DNA of 64,000 nucleotides from Perkinsus olseni (Eukaryota): NCBI GenBank assembly GCA_013115125.1, contig JABANN010000008.1, positions 1 to 64,000 of the forward strand, read 5' to 3'. Shown piece by piece: positions 38,301 to 55,800 of this stretch (position 1 is its first letter; each line of letters starts with the position of its first letter). The notes under the pieces were generated by a model. It saw only the letters and a program-made list of their open reading frames with translations, ran no database searches and was not told where the DNA came from. The position numbers and the translations under genes were made by a program.

Positions 38301-39866
38301 GTTGGTGTCAGGTATAACGACAAGTCGCCGCTAGAGAACATGCACTGTGCGCGGTTTTTCGAGCTGTGCGGGGAGGCCGAGGCTAATGTCCTTCAAGAGC
38401 TATCCAAGCAGCAGTAATGAGGTGGTCAGTCTCTGAAGAAGGGATGGTTGTCTTGCTGCCGTTGTTATAGCGAGGTTCGATCGTTAGGGTTCGTAGCCGC
38501 TGGGATGCCCTATTTTCCGATGTCGGGAGACATTCTTGCTATCTCCTGTTGGCCTGCAGGTACCGAGACGTGCGGCGGATAATGATCGAGTGCATCCTTC
38601 ACACTGATAACGCCCACCATTTCGAGATGATAAAGGCCTTGCAAATGCTGTATCAACTCAACAGAGAGGTAACGACGACGACCAATGGAAGTGCTCCCTG
38701 TCAAAGCCCGACTCAGCAGTCGAGCAGCTCGAACGTAGCGCGTCTGTGCTTTCCTTTCGGTATCTTGAGAAATCGCTCTCATTGAGTATCTTGAAAAGCC
38801 CCTCCGGTTGAGTGTCTTGAGAAGCCCCTCCGGTTGAGTATCTTGAGAAACCCTCATGCGAGGAATTGCTGTGTACTTGATCTCTTTTGTTAGATCGTGG
38901 ACGAGGGTTATGATGCGGACGAGGAGGAATGGTCGGCCGAGTGTGTAACATTGTTTTCCACCAACGACGTAGTGACGAGGGTGCAGCGTAGCATCTTAAG
39001 TCGTTGACGGGTCTCGATGCTCAGGTTCGTATGACTCTGCTTCAACTGTTCCTTCATGCAGCAGATATATCGAATCCGACTAAGCCGTTCAAGAGCTGCA
39101 AGGCTTGGGCTAACAGAGTCCTCGATGAGTTCTTCGCCCAGGTGACAACGTGGCCGACTTTCTTTCATCGACTGACATTTTTCTATGCCTCACACCGCGT
39201 GACATAGAAAGAGTGCCAGTCGCACGAGTCACTCGACACTGATATGCTCTCGTTTTTCGTTCAGTGTCCGCACTAGGGTCCGTCTCCGATGGTTGCTTGG
39301 TGGCGCATAGAGCATAGTCCACTGGTGGGATGATGTTCGTCTTTCAGGGTGACCTAGAGAAGGCCCAGAACATCCCAGTCCAGATGCTCAATGATCGCAA
39401 TACTGTCTCTAGGCCACACTCTCAGATCGGCTTCCTAGAGTTCTTGGTGGCGCCTCTGTTCCTGCTGCAGGTAGAGGAGGCGCAGGTTCGATCCCCGGCG
39501 GCGACAACTCAATCAGGTGCAACTCCTGCCATCCCTATACGAGTCTGACAACTACCTCGTCAATAACCTAGCACAATGGGCTAACGAATGGGCTCTGGAG
39601 ACCTCGGCCTCGGTGGAGGATATGCAGAAGGTGTGGTACCGCTGATCCCATCTTTCTAGGCATCCTCACACGCTTAGGTCCTGGATCGAGTTAATAAGGT
39701 TGGTAATACTCATGCAGCGGAGCACAGTGGCATAATCTATACTCCTCCAAAGGAGCTTATGAGGCTCATAAAGGTAGTGGTAGTAGTCGTCTACGTCAAG
39801 CAGCAGCAGCAGTCGAGTATTGTTATGGCTGAGGGGTGGCTGTTATGATTTCAGGAGAGAAGTTGA
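35341..39866 (+). CDS. Membrane-anchored class I cyclic-nucleotide phosphodiesterase with N-terminal ion-channel/voltage-sensor-like domain (multi-exon; start uncertain)
   Basis: TM exons with [18 protein letters not shown] and S4-like [26 protein letters not shown] motifs [54 protein letters not shown] and SQIGF. Confidence 0.9.
38758..38858. repeat. Intronic minisatellite, ~26-bp unit, about 4 copies
   Basis: Repeats of TGAGT(A/G)TCTTGA(G/A)AAGCCCCTCCGGT with degenerate end copies. Confidence 0.85.
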
Positions 39867-40075
39867 AGAGAGTCGGAAACTTGTCTGGTCCAATGGCTTA
39901 CTGCCACCATGTCTTGTTGTGATTACTTATGTTGTTCGCCGCTGTAGTGTGTCGAGTTAGTACCGGGTGGTGGACGGTGGTAAATCGATTAGCGGGGCGG
40001 GCGCGATTGTAATCGCGGCGATGTGTGATTTGGCCCGAGCGTCGGGCGTTTCTTCTTCCGAATTCGTTTCCTGAG

Positions 40076-44692
<4,617 letters not shown>

Positions 44693-45397
44693 TGTTTATC
44701 GATCGGTTGATCGATTTCGGTTCCTGACGATGACGTAAAGTTGACGATTTACCTGCACTGTGAGCGCAAAGCTCTCCGATGAGAATGACGATAGCCGATT
44801 GCTAAAGTTTCTTCTCGTACTATTCAAGAAGCTAATATTGAACCTGTAATTTGAGGATATTTCCTGTGGGCTACTACTGGCGAACCACAATAGTAGTTTT
44901 CTCGCTTGGGTTCGTTACAGGGTGGTGATTATTTTCAGAAGGGGGTCGATAGACATGAGAAGCTCCGTTACAAGCATCAGTGATGAGGTCATGTCCAGCG
45001 ATTCGGCTGCCTTTCATTCGCGTGCAGGTGGGCCCACGTGGCTCACTTCCTCTCATACAGCGGTCTTTCAGACGACCGCGCGAGATATCATCGGCCAAAT
45101 CCTCTGCTCAACCTAGTGACCGCAGTTTAAGACTAATCTCATATACGATCTATATAAGCATATACTGTACCATCGTAGACGAATGTTTTTCCGATAACCA
45201 GCAGTGTAAAGAACGTCGTCGGTTTCGCAGTTCTAAGGTTCTGTTTATAGCCGTTGTATCGCGTTACAAAAAGTCGGGCGGTGTGGAGAGGCTTCGCAAG
45301 AAATAACAGCGTAGAAAACCAGAGAGTCGCTATCGCCACAATAGTATTGCGCATCGCAAGTGAATCATTCTATGAGCAGCTTCTGTAGACACTTTTC

Positions 45398-46691
45398 ATG
45401 GGAAAAAAGGCCGCGAAAAAGGAAGAGCCAATCGGGGTGAGAGAAGGCGTAGCGGGAGGCTTATCGTTTCGATCCGACATTCTCGCTGACACTACCAGCT
45501 CAACTTCACGCAAGGAGTGACGGCGAGATCCATTCACGTGCATGTTGTGCTAGGTGTCTTTTAAAGCAGAGGAGTTGTACGAAGACCTTGTAAACCAAGT
45601 GGATGGTGCCGAGTTGGTGTTAGAGAAACGAACACGAGCTGCTGAGGCCGATCTGAAAAGTCTGAATGATTACAAAGAGAAGGTGACCACCTTATTAGGA
45701 GAACACCCAGAAATGCATGAGATGTAAGGATGTGCTCACCAGGTCAATCGAATAGAAGAGGTGCTCAAGGCGGATAGAATGATAACTACGAGCATACTGG
45801 GGGATCACGCGCGGAGGTAAGCAGTCTCCACCCGGCAGGGAGCGACATATACCCAGAGGGTGTGTAGCTCAGTGGTAGAGCGGCTGATTGCAGAACAGCA
45901 GGTCCTCGGTTCAAATCCGGGCGCGCCCTTGTTCGATCTCATCTCTTTTTTGCAGCTACAAGGCAACGCAAGAAGTTCTTATTCAAGAGATAAATGCACT
46001 GGAGACTAATTTAGCAGAACTTCGCGAGGATCGGGAGCTCTGCGTTCACGAGATGGAAGAAATCCTCCGAGATAAGGTGACTCAGACGATTTCAGTGACT
46101 TAAATGAACACCACATTCGTTGACTTCCGCTTCCAGGAAGATGAGTTCGCCCTAGTGGATGCACAAGAGCATGAAATCCGAGAGAAGATAGATCAGATGG
46201 CCTCAGAGTTCAGCTCGATGATGGAGGAGCTCGTCGCGAAACTTCGGTAAGTCCTATGCAACTGTGCTCTCTCGGACTTCGCGGGGAGCCAAGGCTAGCA
46301 TCCTTCACTACAATACCCAATCTCTGCCGCTAGCCAACCACAGGCTGAGTTCGATCACGAATCCACCGCGAAGAGAACCGATCCTTTTTGATTTCTGTGC
46401 TGCTACCAGACAAGCCCTCAAGACCACGCTGCCAGAGGATGAAGGATATTCATCAGCAGTCAAACTCGGCGCCGCGGACATCGAAACCCTGGACGAGTCA
46501 CAACGCGCCAGACTGGAGAAGAAAGCAGCGGCATTCTCGAAGGAAATGCAGCAGGTAGGCACTTAGGCCACTTCTTATGTACAGCATTCGCATCGATTCA
46601 GGAATTGATAGAAAAAATGCGATGCTTCGATAAGCCCAAGGACGACGTGAAAGAGATAGATGACGCCCCCGCCGGATCATCGTCAACGTGA
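45398..46691 (+). CDS. Coiled-coil protein, DRC12/CCDC153-like (multi-exon)
   Basis: MGKKAAKK start; coiled-coil exons with ILGDHARS|YKATQEVLIQEINALE and EIREKIDQMASEFSSMM, resembling DRC12. Confidence 0.5.
45858..45929 (+). tRNA. tRNA-Cys (GCA), inside an intron
   Basis: GGGTGTG/CGCGCCC acceptor, GCTC-AGTGGTA-GAGC, loop TTGCAGA, T-arm CTCGG-TTCAAAT-CCGGG. A31:A39 mismatch; T6 run downstream. Confidence 0.85.
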
Positions 46692-46860
46692 CGTTCACTT
46701 ATCGTATCAGAATGATGCGACGGAAAGGACCATCGATTTACAAGTCACTGATGCTCAGGCTTGCCATGTCAAGCTCTTCGCTGTCATTCACAGCCAAAAG
46801 CCGTGTCGCGTTGCATCCTTCGGGCGCGAGCGCCGTGCTGAGGTTTAACCCTCTTCCCGT

Positions 46861-47685
46861 ATGACTACTGACACCGATGTTCCGCCGCCACTAGAACCTC
46901 TCGAACCTGTTGGTGAGACAACTGCGTGACCTCGGTATCTGAGGATGCCTCATCAGACGAGATTCCGCAACCGGCCGACACTCCCGAGTCTCGCGACCCT
47001 ACGGACCTGTCTAGCCAGTGGCACTGGCATCAAGCTTTCAGGGACACCGCCAAGAACATGTGAGCCTCGAGTCGAGGACTGCTCAGTACAGCCTGGCTAC
47101 TAGGTATCGCACAAACTACCACGACATGGTGAACCTGAGGGAAGTGGCCGTCCGCAGCGACTTCCCCTCGGGCTACGCTGGACACGTGCCAACGTTGAAG
47201 CACGATCTACTCTTCAAGAACACCAAGCTGTGGCAGGACTTCCAGCACGAGTTCGACAGGAAAGACGTGGACCCCGTGGGGGTGAGCTGCACGGAAGGTG
47301 AGCCTTTGGAGCTGATAGAATTCGGAGATGGTCAACCGGGTAGATGCCAAGACAGAGACGAAGGTGACGGATAGGCTACCAGCTTTTGGCGGACAGAAGG
47401 CCGGAGTACCGCAATTCTGCCAGAACCCTCGAGGGGCCAACAAAGTGCGGCAAGCGCGCCAACACTCCCTTCTCCATCATCATTTGCAGATACCCCGCGA
47501 AGTGTTCCAGAAGATCAACGGCGCCTTGGCTGTGAAGGGAGGAGGCATCAAGGCGCCTTACGCCACTACACCGCCAGTCAGGAAGGTAAGTCCTACGACC
47601 CCATCTGCCTTGTCCTTTGTGAGAAATTCCTCCCTAGTCTCCGAGCTACCGAGATGTACCACCCAGCCCCTTCTATACTGGCTAG
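46861..47685 (+). CDS. Hypothetical protein with GYAGHVP motif (possible ciliary microtubule-inner protein)
   Basis: Spliced exons including YRTNYHDM...FPSGYAGHVPTLKHDLLFKNT. Function is inference from the GYxGxxP motif. Confidence 0.5.
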
Positions 47686-47882
47686 TGCAGACTGCATAAA
47701 TACTGCAGCAGCAGAACATGTCTGATGTGAATCAAACGATAGGATGATCGCATTCGAGTTGCGGAAGTTGTGGTACCACGAATTAAGACTAAACTTAACA
47801 CTGAGTTATGCATCCACCGGAACGGCTTGAAGGATATTCGTCAAGTAGGGGAACAGCAGAGCTGCTACTGAGGAGGACTCCT

Positions 47883-48728
47883 TTACTTCTTGCCCTTCTT
47901 CTCGAGCTTCCTCATGTAGAAGGCAAGCTCCTCACCCTCAAGGATGTATCCGTCGGCACGGCCGGACTGACCGGGGCGGCTCGAGATGCAGGCCAAAAGA
48001 CGGCCAGCGGCGAACTGCTCCTCAACGGCGGGGTCCAAGTAGCGATCGGCACGGTGGGCCTTCAGCTTGGCAACGACGGAGTTGGACTTGCATGTCTCCT
48101 CAACAACCTCGGCACCCTTCTTGCTGAGCTCAATGCCGAAGTGCTGCTCGTACCACTGCTTGAAGGGAGCGGCATCAATCTGGACGATGGTGTTCTTGAC
48201 CAAAGTGTTGGTACGGACCAACTCGTTGTTGGAGGCGTTGTAGACGGTGTTTAAGATACGGGTCTTACGAGAGACACCCTCGGAACCCCAAGAGTAGTTA
48301 CCGGTATCCAAACGAAGGGCGCTGAGGAAAGACAACAAGAGCAATGAAGATGAGCCGACTACATTCACCATGGGAATAGTACCGGAACTTGAGGTTGCCA
48401 CCGCGGCATCTGACGACGCGGACACGCCTGTTGCCAAGCTTGGTCATGGCAGCGGGGCGGCCGAGCTCGAACTGACGCTTCTTCTGGTGGATGGCGCGAA
48501 CGCCTCCGGTAGCTCTGCAAACAGACAGGGATAAATAGCCACAGCATCAACCAGACCGTCCCCTAGGTTCGAAGTGAATAGTCAACGTCAGGCCTAGTCC
48601 GAACAGCAGCGACAGTCTGACGGCAGTGGGCGAGACTCACTATGACTACGGTTCTATTGCCAACATAAGGGAGATAGTAAACGATCGTATCACCTGTGCT
48701 TATGACGACTATCCCTGCTGATTCCCAT
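47883..48728 (-). CDS. RPS8: 40S ribosomal protein S8 (3 exons)
   Basis: [55 protein letters not shown] and [20 protein letters not shown]. Confidence 0.98.
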
Positions 48729-49169
48729 GGTCGGTGAGTGAAGCCGAGATGCAGACGGTGGACAATAGCTATTGGGAAACAAATCGATCACCTGGGCGCA
48801 CGCTATATATCGGACCATTTTCCTCCCACGATGACCGCTCGCGGGCTTGTCGATCGGCTTGGGCATTCGCTATAGCCATCATAGCGGCATGTCTGATGCC
48901 TCTGTTCGCAGTAGAGATCTCCACCTGTCGAGGAGATGTCGTTGGCTTGTTCGTGTTGCCGTTGTACGGGTAGTTAGGTATTCCGCCGGCATAACCCGTC
49001 GGGCTTCTCACAGCTCAAGTCTTATACACAACGGTTTTCCCCGAGATTGTAGTATCACTGAGTTGGCTTGTTCCATAGAAGGGGAGTGACCCATCTTCTT
49101 CACGACGTTGCAGTACGCTTGTCGGGGCGAGGCTGGTCTCCCTTGCCCCTTCGGTCAGTTGTTGCGACA

Positions 49170-50499
49170 ATGGCCGCTGCCGTCGTCGGCGAGGAGGATA
49201 TCCTCAATGCATCAGTAGAGGGGCTAGATGCCACCGCCTTAGATGACTACATAGACGTCCTTGAACGCCATCAAATTGAATGCGAGAGGACCAGTCGATA
49301 CAGCGAGGCTGAGGCCACACGACAGCGCTTGAGGCAGTTAAGGGAAAACGAGCAGAACAGAGCAAGGGAGGTGGCACGCTCGATTCGCCTTTGCACAGTC
49401 AAGCAGTGAACGCCTTAGGAACTCCGCACTCAGCAACTGGCTGAGCGGCTCAGCGTAGAGGAGGCTCACATGAAGGAGCTGCAGGTGGGGAAACGGTGGA
49501 GGGCCTTGGGAGAGAGGTGGTTCTACTTAGGAGTTCAACGAGGTGTGGGACAGGAATATGACGGAGTTCGAGCAGCACTCGATGTCGCTACAGCAACAGT
49601 TGGCAGAGAGGCAGATGCAGGAGCATCTAGCGTGGGCTTGAGTTGACCTCGTGCCAGTCGGACCGCTCTGTGGGCAGTTACACGGATAAATTAAATGGCG
49701 AGACGCAGCCCAGGACTCCGCGTTGGAGCAAACAGCTTTTGAACCTCAGAAGAATAGAGGTGCAGTAGCTACGTGTCGGGGGATGATTACGGTGAGTCTT
49801 TAGGAAACTCTAGCCAAACAGAGGCAATACGCGGACGCGGCACGATCGAAGGCACAAGCGGACTTACTCGAGGTGAAGGAGACCGAGGTTTGGAAGAAAA
49901 GGAGAGACAAGAAAATGAAGGGTGGGGGTCCCCCACTGGGGGAGTAGGGGAAAAGCTAGTGCTGGGACCTGGAGGTGCTCATAGGTCTGCTGGATCAGTA
50001 CGCGCACAAACAACAGCTGGAAATGGCTGGACTGTTGAAGAGGATTCAGTCTGGCAGGGAGGTTAGCGAATTTAGTGGCGCGCGACGGGACATGGTGGCT
50101 GTTGTAGGAGCAGAAGTCGGCCAGACGTACTGAGCTCGAACGCCTTCTGCAGCGGTACCACAATGTGAAGACTCAGCTGGAAAAACAACAGCATCTCATA
50201 CGGTTGAGGGCGGAGAAGTAAACCTTTGAGGGGTGGCGTAAGTCGTCATGACGCCCCTTTAGGTACCCTACAGCGTCGAGTATTGCAGCATTTAGAAGTG
50301 AGGGATGCGGTAACGTGTGGAAGGAAGGGCCGGTGTGTCAGGTTCGGTGATGTCTCGCGAAGGGGGTTCCCACTCTTCTTTGAACAGCAGTCGAGGGAAG
50401 GGCCCAGCATCCTACGGCAGGCTGCCCTCTCCGAACATAACCAGCGTCGATACACGGCCCAATCTGACCAGTCCACTGAGTGCTAGTAGGAGTAGCTGA
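49170..50499 (+). CDS. Coiled-coil hypothetical protein (multi-exon)
   Basis: LERHQIECERTSRYSEAE, VEEAHMKELQ|EFNEVWD and PRWSKQLLNLRRIE|ETLAKQRQYADA exons join in frame. Confidence 0.7.
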
Positions 50500-50604
50500 T
50501 AGCATGTACAATGATGAAGATGTGGCAACCACAATGAAGCCTTCGAGTATCGGTCAGACTGTGGAGTTGGTCAATTCGCTACGCGCCGGCCTCTCCCCAG
50601 CAGA

Positions 50605-52402
50605 ATGTCGTCACTGATGCCGACTGTCCATGCCCCATCCGTATGTGAGTGAAGAGAGCCACCATCTCGAGCCGCTTCGAAGGAGTCCGAGGAGGTGCTA
50701 GGGTGCCAGTTGCGGTGGCTCTGTGACCCTGGGTGCCTCAGGTCCCCTTCATTCCGCGGACGGTCGGGTCGGTCAGACAGTCAGAGTGTCTCTCCTGCAC
50801 GGAAGGGAGCTCTCGGTAGACTCCTGCAGCCAACGCCCTCTAGACGCTCCTGCCTACCTTAGGGACATCGCGGTCGAACCCGAGCTCGCTGATGGCCGAA
50901 TTCGGTCAGTACTGTAGCGGTGGCCATGTGTATGGGTCACAACCCTCCGCCGGCAGCCCCGTCGGCTACAGTCTACTGCAGCTGCTGGCACAAGGCTCAG
51001 AAGGAGACGTAGGCCCCCATGTGCCGAGCCGCGGCATCACCTTCGAGTGCAGGTTTACCAGGCAGTCTCGCGGAAAGACACATCCCAGGGCCTCTGTATC
51101 AAGATCGTCAAGTTGCGGTCCGCCGCAGTACGTCGGCACGCCCGTCAGGAGGTGAGATGGGAGGGGGCGAAGGCATTCTTCGATGATCTACTTCTGAGCA
51201 GCTCGCCGTGCTCTTCGGACTGATGAAGCGACAGGAGGAGGGCCGGGGGGCTGATTCACCCAGCTCGCTTGGCCACTTGGTACCAATCAGTATTACTAAC
51301 TCCGACACTCTCGAGGCCTACCCTCCCAGGTCCAGGCCTTCGATTGGTTCCTCTCGCCGTCACAGCAGGAGTTGGGGATAGTCATGGAAAGGTAATAGCT
51401 GTGCTACTTCGGCATGCATTGCCCCAGCGTAGGTGCGACTTTTGCCTCGATGACTTCATCTGTGTGCTCAACGCGACCTCGGAGCGTCTCAGCAGAGACC
51501 AGGGCTTGCGCAACAGCCTCGCCAACTCAGTAGAGGGTGGGATGAACGTAGTAGACTTCGCTAGGATGGTCGGGCTGGGCGACTCGGGTGTCTCGTAGGC
51601 CCAGCAGTGGAGAGTGAGGCTGCACCCGAAGGAGATGCTGCGTATCTTCTCGCATGCCTGCCTGGCCTTGGAGTATCTTCACAGCAACATGGTGGTGAGT
51701 CGCCCCGCCGTCCGCAGCTGGCTGTCCCTACGGGAACTGACAGGTCCACTGTGATGTGAAGCTGGACAACCTGGTGTACCATTCAGCCAGTCGGTCGTGG
51801 AAGCTCTGCGACTTCGGCTCTAGTCGTACCATTCCCGAAGGCTGGGAGGGGATAAAATCATCAGGTAGCCCCCTCCAGTCTCCCATGTCATCAACGCTTC
51901 ACCTCAGATCGTCTAGTCGGCACTCTCTGGACTGCAGCTCCCGAGGTTATAAGATACGGGTGAGCGACCAAGGATTCATCAACGCCATACCCCCGCTTGT
52001 TACAGTTACATCTCCCCGGCCTGTGATGTGTGGTCGTTGGGGTGTGTCCTGTGGGAATGTGGCTACTTGGAACGCCCTTTCAACTCCAGGGTCCTCTTAG
52101 CCTACCAAAACAAGTCCATAAACGTACTGGAAGGGCCCATCCGGCGGCCGGGAGGTCCATCCTGGATCCACAGCAAGCAGCTGTTGTTGCTCTTGAGGGA
52201 GGGAATGCTAGTGCAAGACCCGGAGCTGAGAGCCGATTGCGCACGCCTACTGTCGACTGAATTCCTCCCTACCAAACTTTCGAAGGGTTTCCTCACTGTT
52301 ACTGCCGATGATTTCGCCTCCGTATGGTATGTCGATCGGAGTATTTTTACCAACACAGTCGTACTACGGCTGGTAGAGCGCTTACGCTCAACGACAGAGT
52401 GA
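50605..52402 (+). CDS. Divergent Ser/Thr protein kinase (multi-exon; start uncertain)
   Basis: LAQGSEGD|VY, CIKIV, LEYLHS..HCDVKLDN, KLCDFGSS, GTLWTAAPE, CDVWSLGCVLWE and DPELR. Confidence 0.85.
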
Positions 52403-52824
52403 AACGAGCGTATATTGCCTCAAGTCCTGCATGTACCCCTCAAGATGTACTCACAGTATGCACATTGACTTGAGTTGGCATCAGTCGTTACGGAAAGTGA
52501 GGCTCCTCCTCCAACAACACTACAGGGGCCTTGGTGCTTTATCCTAGTAATTGACAAAGGAGTGGCACTGAACACAACCACAGGCAAACAGCACCCTCCT
52601 TCGAGAGGAATGATGTACGTAAATGTTGTAGTTGTAGTAGCAATTAACCAAATCATCAGCAGTACGCGGGTTCGATCCCCGGTGAGAGTAATTATTAATA
52701 TCAATCTGTCATCATAGCCAATCGCAAAGAGGGTGTCTTTAATCATCACGGTGCGCACGAAGATTCTTCTTAAATTTGCCTGGTCATCAATTATGCATGG
52801 AAAGGGGAGGCCTCCGCAGCTCGG

Positions 52825-55800
52825 TCAAGTGTGCTGAGTCGCTTGCTCGAGGACCTGCCCAACAGTGTCAAGCTTCCATCCCGTTGGCCGTCGATGCCCA
52901 CTCACGCTCTCGTGAGAATAGGGCTCAAACTTATGACCGTCACCACGGAAAAACTTCGACTGGAACTCCACCCAGTGTAACCTGAAAACAGTGGCGGAGC
53001 GAAGCAAAAAAATTACGGAAGTACCTCAAAACGTGGAGGAAACACTCGAGGACGTCCATGCCCATGAGAACCGCTAGCGTGATACCAAAAAGGATGGCAA
53101 AGGAGATGTAAATGCCCACAGCGTTCAGTATATACGGGCCGCTAGACATAGCGTGGAACACCTGTCAAGGGGCATACAGTAGGCTGAGGCGGGGGAGGAG
53201 TGGTAGGATGGTACCGTCATTTCCAAGAAGACCAGACTGAGCTGCTGATGAGCTAATGACAGGGCCCACAAACGAAGGTAGGAGGCTGTGTGTGATACCG
53301 TGCCGAGGACGAACTGAAAGGGGGGATATCGAGCCCCGTGAGTGATGGGAGGACTACCTCTATGGTCTCGATAACTTGGTGTATGACGACGTCGGCAAAG
53401 TCGAAGCCTTCCTCTTCAACAGCTTCGGTCTTGCTACGGTTCGCCGGCCCAGCTGATGACGACGAGGAGGATGAACCACCCTCAACCTGCAAAGGATTGC
53501 GGTGCTAAGGAGGAGGAGCGCTCGAAGACTGACCATTTCCACAGCATCTGTCCGATGGTCCATCAGCCCAAGTCCGGCCTCGTCACTCCGTCGCGCTGCA
53601 TGGGCTCGCTGCCGCTGCATGAACTGTTCACTGAGAAGATTGGGCGTTTGCGAAGACAGAATAAAATAACGCTCTCGGCCACCCTACTCAGATTGCCGGT
53701 GCTTCCACCAAAGGATGAGAGGCTTCGGTATCAGCATTATTGGCACGCTCACTACTGCCAATAGGATCAGCAACGACTGCCACCACCCCTGGTCTGACGA
53801 AGGGGCAATCACACTCGCCCAACAGACCGAATACTGCCTACTGGGGTAGAGGGCTTGGCCCGGCCTAACACCTTGGCCTAGTGCCATCGCTATGAGGGTA
53901 TTGATGAGGCCCGGGGCTGGATTGAAGGTGATGTCGTGGGTCCATTTATACCTGGCAGGCCGTAGTAGCGCGGAGAGAGTAGTGGAGATAGTACAGAATC
54001 ATCCAGTCCATGTAACCAAAGAAGCTCAGCAGAAATACCAACTGAAAGAGAACAGGAATACCGCTGCTGATCACAGCTGGGAGCTTCCGATAAGGAAGAC
54101 GGGGGAGCTCCCTTACCTGCGGTATGCACTCAAAGAAGAAGTCCACGGCACTACGGTCATAGATGGCGTTGGAGAACTTGAGAAAAATACCCAACAGCAT
54201 TTGGACAACGCCTGTTAAGGGACCCCGGACTTGGCAAAGTGCGAATGAGTGAAAGCTACTCACCAAAGAGCACGGATGTCTTCATCTTCATCGAGTTGAC
54301 GTACACCAACTCGTTGGTAGCGCCATGCCAGACTGGATCCAATCCGAAGGGATATGGCCCAGTGTACGGGTACGAGCCTGCGAACGACGAAAGATGGCAG
54401 CAGCTGCCCCCCCGACTATTGTGATCGCTTTTACCTTGCTGATTCCCCGTATTGGTGACATCGTATAGCGGACGGCAAGTGATACCAGAACAGTCCCAAC
54501 TGGACAAAGTACTAGTAAGCAACACGCCAGGGAATGCGCAGGGTGTATTACCGACTGCCGAAGAGGTTGAGTCCAACAGCGAAGAAGTCGTTATACATCA
54601 GACCTGAGGAGGAAAGGCATCGCTGCAGAGGCTCTGAGGAGGACTTCTACCGGCGAAAATGGCGAAGAAGCCCATGGCTGTGACCATGAACCGCATCTTC
54701 CGCAATGAAGCTAGGGTATGGTCCAATTGTGGCCCCTGAGGAGGATGGTGATCTCAGAAGGCGGTGAAGGAGTGGTACTACTTGAATTATAGCCCAGGTT
54801 CCTAGTAGGAAGAGCATGGCACCGTGGCCGACGTCACCAAACATGACCCCGAAGAGAAAGGGGAAGGTGACCACTGTGAAGAGTGCAGGGTTAGCCTCCT
54901 TATACCGTGGAACGCCGTATCTAAGGTTGAAGCAGGGATGTTGCGAGGACGAAAGATACTACTGGGCTATTACGTGTCCACCAGATCTTGTGCCACTTGT
55001 GTGACCTCATTAGTCTTCATATAGGTAGGATGGCCTCTGCCATGACCACCAGCCGCCTCATGGTCCTCCCCAGCAGGGGAATACAGCTGGTCATGGTCCG
55101 TCAGTAGCATCGCCCCCACCTGCACCACCGTCAACCCAGAACCCTCCCCTATGCACCATTACTACCATATTAGTAGAACTCATCCTGACCAGTGTATGGC
55201 GGATGTCATCCTCTTCCTCTGCTGGGTACCAGCAGTCGCATCTCAGTGTCACATCCCCTTCAAACATGTTCAGCAAGGTGTAAATCCCCTTCTCCTGCAA
55301 GCCACAATATTACAACTCAGGCACACCTAGGCCAGTCGGAGGCGCTCACCTTAGCCAAAAATAAGGACCAATCCTCGATCAGAGAGTTTCCACCTAGATG
55401 CACCGGTTCCACTAACTGCTCTATCTCCTCCTGACGAACAGCAGCTGCCCTGATTGCTACCGCCGAGGTCTTCTTACCCCTATGAATCTCCGGTAGGCGT
55501 CCAAGGCCTGCAGTTTGTCTATAAGCAGTTCGTCCAGGACCTTAGAAGTCGGATAAAGCGACGATGATGACGTAACGGAGAGCTACCCTCATCCGGGAGG
55601 TAGCCTCAGCCTCGCTGTTAGGCCAGGGGTGTATACGAGCGCCGAATGCCGTACAAATTCTGCGGATTTTCTGAGCCATACTTCCAGTGGTTGAAGAGTA
55701 ACCCTGAGAAGGTGGTTTGTTCACAAAAGGCACGCTTCAACCTAAGATACGCTCACCTGGAAGTAGACGACGAAAACGCTGTAGTATTCGTTCTCGCCCG

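Noticed and set aside
38758-38858. CRISPR array
   Set aside because: Contiguous tandem units without unique spacers, in a eukaryotic intron, with no cas genes.
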